Positions 35,149-44,794 of a DNA stretch of 64,000 nucleotides are shown piece after piece (position 1 is the stretch's first letter; each line of letters begins with the position of its first letter). The notes under the pieces were generated by a model, which saw only the letters and a program-made list of their open reading frames with translations, was not told the origin of the DNA and made no database searches. Origin of the DNA: Salmonella phage vB_SenS-3; the sequence record OR896822.1; one strand, 5' to 3'. The position numbers were made by a program, and so were the translations under genes.

Positions 35149-35496
35149 ATGAGCTTTATTTTATTCATTGTAGCAGCATGGTTTATTATTGGTTTAGGCT
35201 ATGCTATTGCAGTTATTCGTCATCTGGATGAATATTCTGCTGAATGGTTTATTAAGTACCTACGTTTAGACGATCAAGAACACGAGTTCGACAGTGCTGA
35301 GGAAAGACAGGCTGTCCAGTCAATGACTCCCAAAGAATGCTTGCTTTACATGCGTGTAATTGGTTTCTTTGGACTGTTGGTAGCGGGGCCGCTAGGTCTT
35401 ACTATTGCTCCCTACAAAGAAGTTGTTGACGACATTAAACTATGGAGAACCGCTGGATCGCTACGTCGTGCTAGAGAATTAAGTAAACAAGAGTGA
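35149..35496 (+). CDS. hypothetical membrane protein
   Basis: ATG 35149 after GGAG RBS; N-terminal TM. Confidence 0.45.
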   Translation: MSFILFIVAAWFIIGLGYAIAVIRHLDEYSAEWFIKYLRLDDQEHEFDSAEERQAVQSMTPKECLLYMRVIGFFGLLVAGPLGLTIAPYKEVVDDIKLWRTAGSLRRARELSKQE

Positions 35497-35529
35497 TGAT
35501 AATCACCTCCTAGCAAGAATAATAATGAC

Positions 35530-35566
35530 AAAGCCCAGCCTGCAATTTTGCGACTGGGCTATTTTT
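35530..35566 (+). terminator. rho-independent terminator
   Basis: GCCCAGCC...CTGGGCTATTTTT. Confidence 0.6.
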
Positions 35567-35580
35567 GTAATAAAATTTCA

Positions 35581-35609
35581 GTTGCTCAGATGCCACAAGT
35601 ATTGTATAA
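35581..35609 (+). promoter_or_regulatory. early-type promoter (TTGCTC N17 TATAAT)
   Basis: Follows terminator at 35530. Confidence 0.5.
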
Positions 35610-35641
35610 TATGTTTATAGATTGAGGCAAAAGGATAATTT

Positions 35642-36340
35642 ATGAGAATCATTTCAAAGTTCAATGATGTATACGATTTGCAGAATAGTTTATTTGATCC
35701 AGATCGTGTCTGGGAGCGTAAAACTGAAGAGCTGCTAGTAAAAGTAACTGACGATGTAGAAAAGAATATCGTTCATAATCGTCAGGTGTTTCGTGAGGGT
35801 TCCTTATCCTTCCGTGGTGACTTCGAATACTCAGTAAATCCACTGTTTATTGCAGGTGAAGTTTACTGGTTACATGAACTGTCCTGCTGGCATCCAGCAT
35901 TCAGTTTCAAAACGTTCAACATCGATGCTGTGTTCGATAAAATGGAAGAAATGGGATTACATGCCCGTTCTTACTTACTAGATAAGAATCGTGGTGATGT
36001 TCGTGAAACCATGCGAGATATGTTGGTTGAAGCAAAACCTAAAGCAGAACGTATCTTATCTGAACTGCGCGTACCAATTGCATATGTGAAAGGTATTAAG
36101 AAGAACGATAACGATGATGTTCGTAACTTCGTAATTCAGACAAACATTCGTTTCCATCAGTCAGGTATTCCGTGGCAGGAAATTGAAAGTAACTTATACC
36201 GTTTACACCAAGTTCTCGAACAGTATATTTTCGGTGTACTAGGAACTGGTGAGCCTGATATGATTACCGTATCAGATAAAGACAGGTTAGCAGCACATGG
36301 ATTTGATACAAAAACTTCTTTCAGGAATATGGCAAGGTAA
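35642..36340 (+). CDS. hypothetical protein
   Basis: 232-aa ORF; promoter at 35581. Confidence 0.5.
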   Translation: MRIISKFNDVYDLQNSLFDPDRVWERKTEELLVKVTDDVEKNIVHNRQVFREGSLSFRGDFEYSVNPLFIAGEVYWLHELSCWHPAFSFKTFNIDAVFDKMEEMGLHARSYLLDKNRGDVRETMRDMLVEAKPKAERILSELRVPIAYVKGIKKNDNDDVRNFVIQTNIRFHQSGIPWQEIESNLYRLHQVLEQYIFGVLGTGEPDMITVSDKDRLAAHGFDTKTSFRNMAR

Positions 36341-36746
36341 GTGGTATATCCTGGGAGCTGGTCTTGCGATAGGTATCGGATTCGGTGCTTATCACTTAGT
36401 AAATAAGGTTGAAACTCTAGCTGGGGATCTTGCAGTTGCGGCTAAAAAGATCTCCACTCTAGAGACTTCCCTTAATAAGGTGAAAACTGAAAGTGAACTT
36501 CGGGAGACTCGAATGAACCAGTATTTCACAATGAATAATATTTCGCAAGCAGATCTAGACAAAAAGATTAAGCAGTTAGATAAAGCTCTTAATCGTCAAG
36601 ATGTTATCGCTGCAAAGCCTGGATTGGTAACATTAATTGCTAAAAAGCAGAATAAAGAGTTCGAGGAAAGATTAGCGTGTTTAACTGGAAACTTGGAGTA
36701 CTGCTCGCAGCCGCAATCACAATCACAGGCTGTGCAGAAGAAATAA
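36297..36746 (+). CDS. candidate i-spanin (N-terminal TM, periplasmic coiled coil)
   Basis: TM WYILGAGLAIGIGFGAYHLV followed by helical Lys/Glu-rich domain; 3' end overlapped by lipoprotein gene. Confidence 0.4.
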   Translation: MDLIQKLLSGIWQGKWYILGAGLAIGIGFGAYHLVNKVETLAGDLAVAAKKISTLETSLNKVKTESELRETRMNQYFTMNNISQADLDKKIKQLDKALNRQDVIAAKPGLVTLIAKKQNKEFEERLACLTGNLEYCSQPQSQSQAVQKK

Positions 36747-37030
36747 AACCAGAGCCATCCCATGAGTTAAAGCAAGCTCATATCGATTGGCCTAAAGGAC
36801 TTCAGCCTTGTAGTTTTGATTTCAAATTCGAAAAGAAATTAGCTACAAATGGTGAAGATGGCGTAGTAGTTGTTGTACCTTACAAAGATTGGAATGCAAA
36901 AGCAAAATGCGAGGAAGCAGTTTACTCTTACATTTCACGACTGACCGGTATGGTTTGCTTCTATCGTCAGGATTTACAAGAAAAACGTTGCTTAGTTTAT
37001 TATCCACCCATTACAAATAGGAAAGATTAA
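36677..37030 (+). CDS. candidate o-spanin (lipoprotein)
   Basis: GTG start, lipobox ITGC after signal peptide; overlaps 3' end of upstream TM/coiled-coil gene in another frame. Confidence 0.4.
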   Translation: MFNWKLGVLLAAAITITGCAEEIKPEPSHELKQAHIDWPKGLQPCSFDFKFEKKLATNGEDGVVVVVPYKDWNAKAKCEEAVYSYISRLTGMVCFYRQDLQEKRCLVYYPPITNRKD

Positions 37031-37782
37031 TGTCAGTATTAGTCGGTTTACATGGTGAGGCTGGTGCGGGAAAAGATACTGTTGCAAAATTAATGATTGA
37101 CTGGTGTAATGACACGTTCCCAACGTGTTTATCCCGTCGTTATAGTTTTGCTAAACCCGTTTACGAACTTGCATCCGTAATCCTCGGGGTAACTCCAGAG
37201 TTTCTGGGAGAGCGCAGGAGAAAAGAGATTGACCAATGGTTTACGATCACACAATCTCAATTGGAGCGAGCTAGAGACGTATGGTTTAAGTATGGTATCG
37301 ATAAGTTTGAGGACTTCTCGTACGTTTGGCCGATTTTTGAAGGAAAATACCTTGATCCTCAGCAGTTAATTGGGCAAGCTGATGATGCGCTGTATAGCGT
37401 GTTTATCTCCCCAAGAAAAATGCTACAGCTTGTAGGTACTGAGTTAGGAAGGCAGCTGGTGCATGAACGCATTTGGCTCATAATTCTGGAGCAATCCATC
37501 GATAAAGACGACCCAGACGTCGCAATCGTTACCGATGTGCGTTTCCCCAATGAGGGAGAGCTAATCATGGAAACCAATACTCTAGATATGGATTCCATGC
37601 TTATTAAGGTTGAATCTGGTATTACTAATAAGTATCGCATCGAGACAGATCATCCGTCTGAAAGCGGTATTCCTGAAAAATACATTTCTCATAAATTTGA
37701 GAATACCTTCAACGGACTTGATGCACTTCGTACCGATGTGTACCACTTCTGTGACTTAGAGCTAGAACCACTAGTTGGATAA
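37030..37782 (+). CDS. dnk: deoxynucleoside monophosphate kinase
   Basis: P-loop GLHGEAGAGKDT; 250 aa, T5 dNMP-kinase-like size and position. Confidence 0.7.
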   Translation: MSVLVGLHGEAGAGKDTVAKLMIDWCNDTFPTCLSRRYSFAKPVYELASVILGVTPEFLGERRRKEIDQWFTITQSQLERARDVWFKYGIDKFEDFSYVWPIFEGKYLDPQQLIGQADDALYSVFISPRKMLQLVGTELGRQLVHERIWLIILEQSIDKDDPDVAIVTDVRFPNEGELIMETNTLDMDSMLIKVESGITNKYRIETDHPSESGIPEKYISHKFENTFNGLDALRTDVYHFCDLELEPLVG

Positions 37783-37794
37783 TTAAGGATCACT

Positions 37795-38394
37795 ATGACT
37801 AATAAGAAAGAAGAAAAGACTAACTTGTTTCACACTGTTCGCCAATCTAACGAATATACCTTTTTCTTTGATGAAGAATTAGGCTCACCGGATGAGTATC
37901 GTGACCTATCCATGATACTTATGCAGGCTGGTGAAGAAGATGAAATTAATCTGATGATTAATGGGCCTGGTGGTTACGTTGATACTGCTGCACAACTATC
38001 TAACCTAATCGCTAACTGTCGTGGAACGGTTATTGGACACCTGCTCGGTCCTAGTGCTTCTGCTTACTGTACAATCTTCCTGTCTTGCCACGGTTGGGTT
38101 GTACATCCACATGCTACGCTTATGGGACATACGTTCTCTGGCGGATTCTGCGAGAAAGGTCAAGAAATCAAGAAAGCCTATGAATCCTACAACCAGTTTG
38201 TAGAAGATATGATGCTAGATATTTACTTTCCGTTCTTCTCTGTCGACGAAATCGAGGATATGGTAAAAGAGAATAAGAATATCTATCTCAACAGCAAAGA
38301 AATCAATAAGCGTATTGAAATTTTGGCGAATTATCGTAAAGAGCAGTGTAGTAAAGCTCAAGCCCCGCATCCAGAAGAACATGGAGAAGTGTAA
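37795..38394 (+). CDS. ClpP-like serine peptidase (putative)
   Basis: INGPGGYVDTAAQL resembles ClpP/S14 fold motif. Confidence 0.5.
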   Translation: MTNKKEEKTNLFHTVRQSNEYTFFFDEELGSPDEYRDLSMILMQAGEEDEINLMINGPGGYVDTAAQLSNLIANCRGTVIGHLLGPSASAYCTIFLSCHGWVVHPHATLMGHTFSGGFCEKGQEIKKAYESYNQFVEDMMLDIYFPFFSVDEIEDMVKENKNIYLNSKEINKRIEILANYRKEQCSKAQAPHPEEHGEV

Positions 38395-38403
38395 GTAGTT
38401 TTA

Positions 38404-38438
38404 AGCCAGAGTTTAACGACTCTGGCTTTTCTTTTGCC
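38404..38438 (+). terminator. rho-independent terminator
   Basis: AGCCAGAGT...ACTCTGGCTTTTCTTTT. Confidence 0.65.
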
Positions 38439-38550
38439 TAAAATTCTTCTTGACAACGACAAAAAATTGTGCTCCAGAAGTGATCTTAAAAAACACATTG
38501 TAATTTTACTCTAGAATTAGTATAATGGTAGTGGTTAGAGGAGGTTACAA

Positions 38551-39207
38551 GTGGAAAAGTTTATACAACTATTAACGATACTGCTACAAGAAGCGAAAGA
38601 TCCAGCTTCGCTACTAAAACGTCTGCTAACTATCTTAGTTGCTGTCATTATTTTCTTGTTTATAAGTAACACTAGCGAGGTGATGTCATTTTTAAAGACT
38701 TTCTCCACGTCTTCGGTTTTACAGGATGTTCAAACCCAAAGGATAGATAACTTTCCTAATGTAGCACGAGAAAAGAGTATGGTTCTTTTCTCCCAGACTG
38801 GTGCGGATGCCGTTTTTGTAGTAAAGTATAAACCAGATGCTATAAATGATTATTCAAACATTATTGCATGGGAAAGCAATGCGCAATTGGATAGGGCTGA
38901 CTTGGCAGATAAAGCAGTAAACAAGACGTCTGAACTTTATAGACGTCACCTGGAAGGCTTTAACTATGCTGCGGATTTAAGTGTAAAAGTAAATAAATAT
39001 ACGGGGTCAAATATACCAGCGTTTAAGAACATTACTTTTAATTACGTCTACACTTGTCCATATTTCAACCTAAATAATATCTATGCTGGATACATAGGTA
39101 TTGCATGGAAGGATAAACCCGTAGATACAGCTGATTCGGAACAATTTAATGAGTACTTAGCAAAGCTCTGTTCCCCACAACGGAGATCATTAGGTAGATC
39201 TATATGA
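38551..39207 (+). CDS. putative holin (membrane protein upstream of endolysin)
   Basis: GTG start with GGAGG RBS; N-terminal TM LLTILVAVIIFLFI; position immediately 5' of endolysin. Confidence 0.45.
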   Translation: MEKFIQLLTILLQEAKDPASLLKRLLTILVAVIIFLFISNTSEVMSFLKTFSTSSVLQDVQTQRIDNFPNVAREKSMVLFSQTGADAVFVVKYKPDAINDYSNIIAWESNAQLDRADLADKAVNKTSELYRRHLEGFNYAADLSVKVNKYTGSNIPAFKNITFNYVYTCPYFNLNNIYAGYIGIAWKDKPVDTADSEQFNEYLAKLCSPQRRSLGRSI

Positions 39208-39617
39208 GTTTTAAATTTGGTAAAAATAGCGAAAAACAATTAGCAACTGTTAAGCCCGAGCTACAGAAGGTAGCTCGTAGGGCTTTAGAATTATCTCCAT
39301 ATGATTTCACAATCGTACAGGGTATTCGTACAGTAGCACAAAGTGCCCAAAACATTGCTAATGGTACTTCATTTTTGAAAGACCCTAGCAAAAGTAAGCA
39401 TGTAACTGGAGACGCTATCGATTTTGCACCATATATTAATGGTAAGATTGATTGGAAAGATCTGGAAGCATTTTGGGCTGTTAAGAAGGCTTTTGAACAA
39501 GCTGGTAAGGAACTTGGTGTCAAACTTCGTTTTGGTGCCGACTGGAATAGTTCTGGTGATTATCATGATGAGATCGATCGTGGTACTTACGACGGTGGTC
39601 ACGTAGAATTAGTCTGA
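39204..39617 (+). CDS. lys: endolysin, L-alanyl-D-glutamate peptidase type
   Basis: 137 aa; H..D...H zinc-peptidase pattern (SKHVTGDAIDF ... DGGHVE). Confidence 0.75.
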   Translation: MSFKFGKNSEKQLATVKPELQKVARRALELSPYDFTIVQGIRTVAQSAQNIANGTSFLKDPSKSKHVTGDAIDFAPYINGKIDWKDLEAFWAVKKAFEQAGKELGVKLRFGADWNSSGDYHDEIDRGTYDGGHVELV

Positions 39618-39628
39618 TAATAAATCAA

Positions 39629-39650
39629 GGCGGGGTAATTCCCGCCTTTT
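39629..39650 (+). terminator. rho-independent terminator
   Basis: GGCGGG GTAATT CCCGCC TTTT. Confidence 0.65.
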
Positions 39651-39692
39651 AAAGCAAAGGGGGCTTTAAAAACTTAATGATAGGAGAAAGCC

Positions 39693-40109
39693 ATGTTTGC
39701 AGAACTATTCACCATGATATTACTAGGAATATGGAAAATAAGCCTAGTAGTTTTCATCTTAATGATAATTCTCACTGTTGTCGCACTAGTTACCCAAAAT
39801 GATACATTAAAGAAAGTCGTTCATGGGCTAGAGTATATAATTATGGGCACATTCGGCGTTTGCAAATGCAACTGCCAGAGGAATACGAAATATTGTTGGC
39901 TTTGGATGGAGTTAGAGAACTGCATCACAGTAGCCTTGGCTGTCTCATTCGGTATGATTCTTATGGCCCTTACTCTAGCATTGATACCACTAATGTTAGC
40001 TGGGGGAGTCACGGCTTATTTCACCCTTTTCTCCCCTATACTTATGTATTCAATATACCCAATAACTATGTACTTAGTTAGGAAGAGATTCCCACATCAA
40101 GCACACTAA
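39693..40109 (+). CDS. hypothetical polytopic membrane protein
   Basis: 138 aa, 3-4 hydrophobic helices. Confidence 0.45.
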   Translation: MFAELFTMILLGIWKISLVVFILMIILTVVALVTQNDTLKKVVHGLEYIIMGTFGVCKCNCQRNTKYCWLWMELENCITVALAVSFGMILMALTLALIPLMLAGGVTAYFTLFSPILMYSIYPITMYLVRKRFPHQAH

Positions 40110-40122
40110 TATAAAAAAGTAG

Positions 40123-40151
40123 TTGACTTTCCGCTGAAATTTTTATATAAT
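40123..40151 (+). promoter_or_regulatory. sigma70 promoter (TTGACT N17 TATAAT)
   Basis: Near-consensus -35. Confidence 0.6.
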
Positions 40152-40184
40152 ATTTGTATAAATTGAATCAGAGGAGTTTCACAA

Positions 40185-40595
40185 ATGTCAGATCGTTACT
40201 ATACTCAGATGGCTAACCATTACAATATGGCTCCGTATGAATTGAACATCGCATTACGTGACCTAGATTCACCAGAGCGTGCAAAACTTGAGAAAAAGGC
40301 GGGAATTCGTATGTCTAGCAAGGGCAAGAAACTTACTCGTATTGACTTAAATACCATGCTAATGGAAGAGCTTGGCGTGAATATTGAAGGTCAGAAGTTG
40401 CCTCTCAATGTTCTTGAAACGATGCTGGATAAAGTCAAGAAGAAAACCTATAAGAAAGTACAAGTACCGGAAGGCAGGCTAAAAGCCCCTTATCAAGCTG
40501 CTGTATCCGAGTGCTTAGGTGCTACCTTAGATCTTAGCACTGCAACTGTCAAGGTAATGAAAGGCTTTTTGGAGGCCATTAATAAACATGAGTAA
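40185..40595 (+). CDS. hypothetical protein
   Basis: 136-aa ORF; TTGACT/TATAAT promoter upstream. Confidence 0.45.
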   Translation: MSDRYYTQMANHYNMAPYELNIALRDLDSPERAKLEKKAGIRMSSKGKKLTRIDLNTMLMEELGVNIEGQKLPLNVLETMLDKVKKKTYKKVQVPEGRLKAPYQAAVSECLGATLDLSTATVKVMKGFLEAINKHE

Positions 40596-40878
40596 ATTAA
40601 TATATCTATTAAAAGGTTCCACTTGCAACCCATGTAAACTTTTCGAGCCTGTATTCGATAAAGTAGTACAGGGCTACAGTCTAGAAGTTCATAAAGAGAC
40701 TGATAATACAGAACTTATGCAGAAGTTCGGTGTTAGACAAGTTCCTGTAGTAGTTCTAGCAGATCGTCTACCGAATGGTCGTGTGGAAGCCAACCACATT
40801 CTGATTGATCGTCAGCTTCGTAAGGAAACTATGCACGATGCAATCAAAAACTTCCTGGAAGATAATCCAGAAGATTAA
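40588..40878 (+). CDS. thioredoxin/glutaredoxin-like protein
   Basis: CNPC redox motif near N-terminus, ~96 aa. Confidence 0.5.
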   Translation: MSKLIYLLKGSTCNPCKLFEPVFDKVVQGYSLEVHKETDNTELMQKFGVRQVPVVVLADRLPNGRVEANHILIDRQLRKETMHDAIKNFLEDNPED

Positions 40879-40886
40879 TAAATCCA

Positions 40887-40916
40887 ACCCAGATCTTAGC
40901 TGATCTGGGTTTTTCT
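40887..40916 (+). terminator. rho-independent terminator
   Basis: ACCCAGATC TTAGCT GATCTGGGT TTTTC. Confidence 0.65.
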
Positions 40917-40920
40917 TTAT

Positions 40921-40949
40921 TTGCTAAACGCTTAAAATTTTGATATAAT
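40921..40949 (+). promoter_or_regulatory. early-type promoter (TTGCTA N17 TATAAT)
   Basis: Upstream of phosphatase gene. Confidence 0.55.
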
Positions 40950-40980
40950 ATACCTATAAACTTGAGAAAGGAACCAGATA

Positions 40981-41844
40981 ATGAAAAAAGAATTTAACCT
41001 GCATGAAATGTTAGTAGTACCAGACGATGTTAACCTGTTCTTCGTAGGAGATATTCACGGCTGTAATGATATGCTGGAAGATGCTCTTAAACTAGCAGGA
41101 TATAAAGAGAAGCGTGACTATGTTGTCTGTGTTGGCGACTTAATTGACCGTGGCCCGCAGAACTTACAGGTTCTAGCCAAATTCTTATATAACCCACGCT
41201 TCCGCAGCGTTCGTGGCAACCATGATCAGTTTATGATTGCTGGTGACTACGCCAACTGGATGTATAATGGTGGAATGTGGGCAATGAATGATCTAGATAC
41301 CGATACAATTAAAGGTATCGCAGAAGATATGGCAGTTAAAATGCCAGTATTCATGACTGTACTCCATCGTGGCAAGAAATATGGTGTTGTTCATGGTGGA
41401 ATACCATTCCAATATAAAGATGCGGGATTCGATGTACATACACCTAATTGGGATGATATTATTGATCATATCGCTGCAAGTGAAAATGATCCTAATGATC
41501 ATCCTAGTTATTACATTGAGCCATATCTATGGGATCGTGATGTAATTCAGGAAATTGGTTTTCATCTGTCTAAGCAAGGTGCAGAGCACCCCTATTTCCA
41601 GCGTTATGCAGGATTTAAAGATGAATTGACGGTGGAAGTACCAGAAGTTGAAAGTGTGGATTTCGTATTCCACGGCCACACTGGTGTTCCTTACCCGATT
41701 CTATATAAGAACCGTGTTTATCTTGATACTGGCGGTGTTTTCAACGGGCAGTTGACGGTTGCGCAAGTTAATGATGAAGCCGGTAAAATCATGACATTTA
41801 CCACAGATAAAAATGATAGCTGTGGTGTACAGAGGATTCTATAA
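40981..41844 (+). CDS. Ser/Thr protein phosphatase (calcineurin-like metallophosphoesterase)
   Basis: GDIHGC, GDLIDRGP, RGNHD, GH motifs. Confidence 0.8.
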   Translation: MKKEFNLHEMLVVPDDVNLFFVGDIHGCNDMLEDALKLAGYKEKRDYVVCVGDLIDRGPQNLQVLAKFLYNPRFRSVRGNHDQFMIAGDYANWMYNGGMWAMNDLDTDTIKGIAEDMAVKMPVFMTVLHRGKKYGVVHGGIPFQYKDAGFDVHTPNWDDIIDHIAASENDPNDHPSYYIEPYLWDRDVIQEIGFHLSKQGAEHPYFQRYAGFKDELTVEVPEVESVDFVFHGHTGVPYPILYKNRVYLDTGGVFNGQLTVAQVNDEAGKIMTFTTDKNDSCGVQRIL

Positions 41845-42212
41845 TGGAACGTGAAGAACGTTATGTAGTAATAAAGTTGTCTGATATTGAGAAAGCCCTA
41901 GAATTAGGGCATATCACTCAAAGCAACTTTACCACTTTGGAACATATCTTATCCAAACTGTGGTATAGTCGAGCACAACGTGGAAAAGAGGATCTCAAAA
42001 CCGTTGTGGTAGAGCATGACTGGCCAGAGTATGAAGAAGTCTGGAAAATGCTAGAGAATCGTGTTGATTTTGAGCAAGCACGACAAGAAGAACTTGACAA
42101 AGGATATCAAGAAGCAAAAGAACATCATGAGATTCATGATGAAATATTCAAACTTCGTGGTATTAGTAGTTATTGTCAGGGTTGGAATAAATATGCGGAG
42201 GAAGTTCTGTAA
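41844..42212 (+). CDS. hypothetical acidic protein
   Basis: 122-aa ORF. Confidence 0.45.
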   Translation: MEREERYVVIKLSDIEKALELGHITQSNFTTLEHILSKLWYSRAQRGKEDLKTVVVEHDWPEYEEVWKMLENRVDFEQARQEELDKGYQEAKEHHEIHDEIFKLRGISSYCQGWNKYAEEVL

Positions 42213-42730
42213 TGAAAGTTTATTTTTGGAGCGACCTACACTTAGGGCATGTTAATATCCCTAAGTTTCGAACTATGTTCTCTAGTATGGAAGAGCACGA
42301 CGAATTTATCATGGATACTATTACGTCTATGAAGGATAAACGTACTGTATTTTTCATTTTAGGGGACGCATTTGTATCTAGAAAGGGTCTGGAGAAGTTT
42401 GAAAAACTATTTAGCAATGTTAGGACTACTTTAGTTCTGGGAAACCACGATTTGGAACGAGAAGGCTTATCTTTTACAGACTTAGTAGGTGTAGTAGATA
42501 ATGTGCAGTCTTTAGTTAAATATAAGAACTTCTGGCTTTCTCATGCCCCCGTGCACCCAGGAGAGTTAAGGGGTAAAAAGAATTTACATGGGCATACTCA
42601 CTTTGAATTAATGGGAGATCCACGTTACATTAACGTTTGTGTTGAGTATGCAAAGTCGCCTGTACGATTAGAAGATATTATGAGTGGTAAGTATACTTCT
42701 CATGATAAAACTAGCTGGATGTTGGAATGA
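42212..42730 (+). CDS. metallophosphoesterase
   Basis: SDLHLGH, GDAF, GNHD, HGHTH motifs. Confidence 0.65.
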   Translation: MKVYFWSDLHLGHVNIPKFRTMFSSMEEHDEFIMDTITSMKDKRTVFFILGDAFVSRKGLEKFEKLFSNVRTTLVLGNHDLEREGLSFTDLVGVVDNVQSLVKYKNFWLSHAPVHPGELRGKKNLHGHTHFELMGDPRYINVCVEYAKSPVRLEDIMSGKYTSHDKTSWMLE

Positions 42731-43194
42731 TATGGATACAAATTACAGAATATCCTAACTATGCTGTATCAGAAGATGGTGAAGTTAAGAATATATCACG
42801 AGGTAGACTTTTAACTCCCCATATAGATAGAGATGGATATGTTATTTATACACTATATAACAAGGGTAAACCTAAAAAGTTAAAAGCCCATAGATTAGTC
42901 GCGCAATACCATCTAGATTTACCAGATAACTGGGAAAACCTACCTGTTAATCACAAGGATGGGGATAAGCAGAATAACCATAAATCTAATGTAGAATGGT
43001 CTACTATACTGGAAAATAATAGACATACTAGAATTAATGGGTTAACTACAGATGCGCTTACAGTAGAACAAGTATGGGAAATTAGAAGTCTGCTTATACA
43101 AGGCAGATCTAATACCGAAATTGCCAAAATCTATAAAGTAGATCAGTCTACTATCAGTAATATAAAGACAGGAAGAACGTGGAATTATGTTTGA
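42727..43194 (+). CDS. HNH homing endonuclease
   Basis: NUMOD-like N-terminus, NHKDGDKQNNHKSN HNH motif, C-terminal HTH-like segment. Confidence 0.65.
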   Translation: MIWIQITEYPNYAVSEDGEVKNISRGRLLTPHIDRDGYVIYTLYNKGKPKKLKAHRLVAQYHLDLPDNWENLPVNHKDGDKQNNHKSNVEWSTILENNRHTRINGLTTDALTVEQVWEIRSLLIQGRSNTEIAKIYKVDQSTISNIKTGRTWNYV

Positions 43195-43296
43195 TTTTGA
43201 TGGCATGGCTCGTGAGATATTTATAGCAATAGGGATAGTAGTTCTTATCTCTTTCTTTACGGGCCTAGGCTTAGGCCTTTTATTTTAAAACTTCAT

Positions 43297-43325
43297 TTGC
43301 TAAAATGCTTAGTTTTCTGTATAAT
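43297..43325 (+). promoter_or_regulatory. early-type promoter (TTGCTA N17 TATAAT)
   Basis: Same architecture. Confidence 0.55.
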
Positions 43326-43356
43326 TACTTTATAAATTGATGAGAAGGAATCAAAA

Positions 43357-43788
43357 ATGCAAAAGATTGATAAAGCACTTTTAATCGCAACAGCAGATAA
43401 GTTTGAGCAAGTTAAAACTACTTTTAAGGCAGTCTTTCAGTCCTATGTTCAAGACAAATCGAACCCGATTTCTGAGCGTTTGATGATGTGGGAATGTTTT
43501 ACTTGCAATGCTCTGCTAATTTCCGATTATAGGGGAGAAGTATCTGAGGAATTGCAGGAGATCTTTATTAATGAAGATACTACACGCTATCAGTTAGTGA
43601 ACTTCCAGGATCTAGCCGAGCAAGTTATTCCAGATGATCTTTGGGACAAGTATTACGGTGATCCTGAAGAAGATGGTATGGAACCTGAGAAGTGCATCGA
43701 ACTGATCTGTAAGGATTATCCTGAAATTGCTGAGAAATTTGAGTTAGTATTTGCTTCGGAGTTCTCAGGTTTCGTTAACGATTGGTAA
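43357..43788 (+). CDS. hypothetical acidic protein
   Basis: 143-aa ORF; promoter at 43297. Confidence 0.45.
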   Translation: MQKIDKALLIATADKFEQVKTTFKAVFQSYVQDKSNPISERLMMWECFTCNALLISDYRGEVSEELQEIFINEDTTRYQLVNFQDLAEQVIPDDLWDKYYGDPEEDGMEPEKCIELICKDYPEIAEKFELVFASEFSGFVNDW

Positions 43789-43801
43789 ATAAATAATTTA
43801 C

Positions 43802-43830
43802 TTGCTAAATGTCCAGAAATCTTATATAAT
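43802..43830 (+). promoter_or_regulatory. early-type promoter (TTGCTA N17 TATAAT)
   Basis: Same architecture. Confidence 0.55.
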
Positions 43831-43862
43831 ATATTTATAAATTAATGAGAGAGGAAGTTCAA

Positions 43863-44123
43863 ATGGAAAACATGACTAAAACTGAAATGGCAAACGTATT
43901 GGCTATCCTGCTGGACATGCAAGGGTTTGAAGGTCAGCTCATGAAGATGTCTATTCCGGCAATGAAAAAGATGTATGATTCTCTGAACAAGAATGCTATG
44001 GCATTCAACCTAGCAAAACAGGAAGCACGTTTTGCGAAAGAGCATCAGGCAACTGCCGAACGTCGTGCAGCATCTTTTGAGCGTGAAGTTAAGCAACTGA
44101 AAGGTAAGAAAAATGGAAGCTAA
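43863..44123 (+). CDS. hypothetical protein
   Basis: ATG 43863 after GAGAGGAAG RBS. Confidence 0.45.
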   Translation: MENMTKTEMANVLAILLDMQGFEGQLMKMSIPAMKKMYDSLNKNAMAFNLAKQEARFAKEHQATAERRAASFEREVKQLKGKKNGS

Positions 44124-44271
44124 ACTAGCTATATTAGTAGTATTAGCTTTCCAAGCAATGGTATTAGGATTTATTCATGGTAAAGTGTCCCATTTAGAGA
44201 ATTCAGTGAAGGAATTAAAAGTAGAAATGTGCAAAAATATCCCAGATAATGAAAAATGCAGGAGCACTTAA
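44113..44271 (+). CDS. hypothetical small membrane protein
   Basis: 52-codon ORF, hydrophobic N-terminus. Confidence 0.25.
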   Translation: MEAKLAILVVLAFQAMVLGFIHGKVSHLENSVKELKVEMCKNIPDNEKCRST

Positions 44272-44552
44272 TGATTATAGAAATTTTAATTGGATTGCTG
44301 GTTCTTACTACTTTAGCAGCAATTGGAGGAATCATTGGCATTCTTAATGCTAGTAAAAATATGGAAGCAATGAAGGCTACCAACAATGCGCTTTGGGAAA
44401 AATATATAGCTGCGGAAAAAGATATCGAGGACACACAAAGACGTTCAGATCTTCTTAAAGAAAAGCTAAAGAATGTTGAAACTCTTGTTGGTAACACTAA
44501 ACTTCCTATTAAAGTCCTGCGCGCTCAGGTAATCACGGAGATTAAGAAATGA
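44271..44552 (+). CDS. hypothetical membrane protein
   Basis: ATG 44271 after AGGAG; TM then coiled coil. Confidence 0.4.
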   Translation: MIIEILIGLLVLTTLAAIGGIIGILNASKNMEAMKATNNALWEKYIAAEKDIEDTQRRSDLLKEKLKNVETLVGNTKLPIKVLRAQVITEIKK

Positions 44553-44794
44553 TGTTAATTATCTTAGCTTTTTATCTGGTTATTGTTGGTGTTCTGGTTA
44601 CTAAGTATCACACCTGGACTCCGAAGAACGTTGGTAAAGTAGCACTGTTTGTTCTGCCAGTTCCTATCATCATCGTTGCAATGCTGTTCACGATGTTGGC
44701 CGGTAAAGTGACAAAAACTGACGTTAAACGCATTGTAGACGAACTACAGCAATCTTCTGACATGATCGAGGATATTCTGAAAGATGAAGCTTAA
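44549..44794 (+). CDS. hypothetical membrane protein
   Basis: 81 aa, two TM helices. Confidence 0.4.
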   Translation: MMLIILAFYLVIVGVLVTKYHTWTPKNVGKVALFVLPVPIIIVAMLFTMLAGKVTKTDVKRIVDELQQSSDMIEDILKDEA

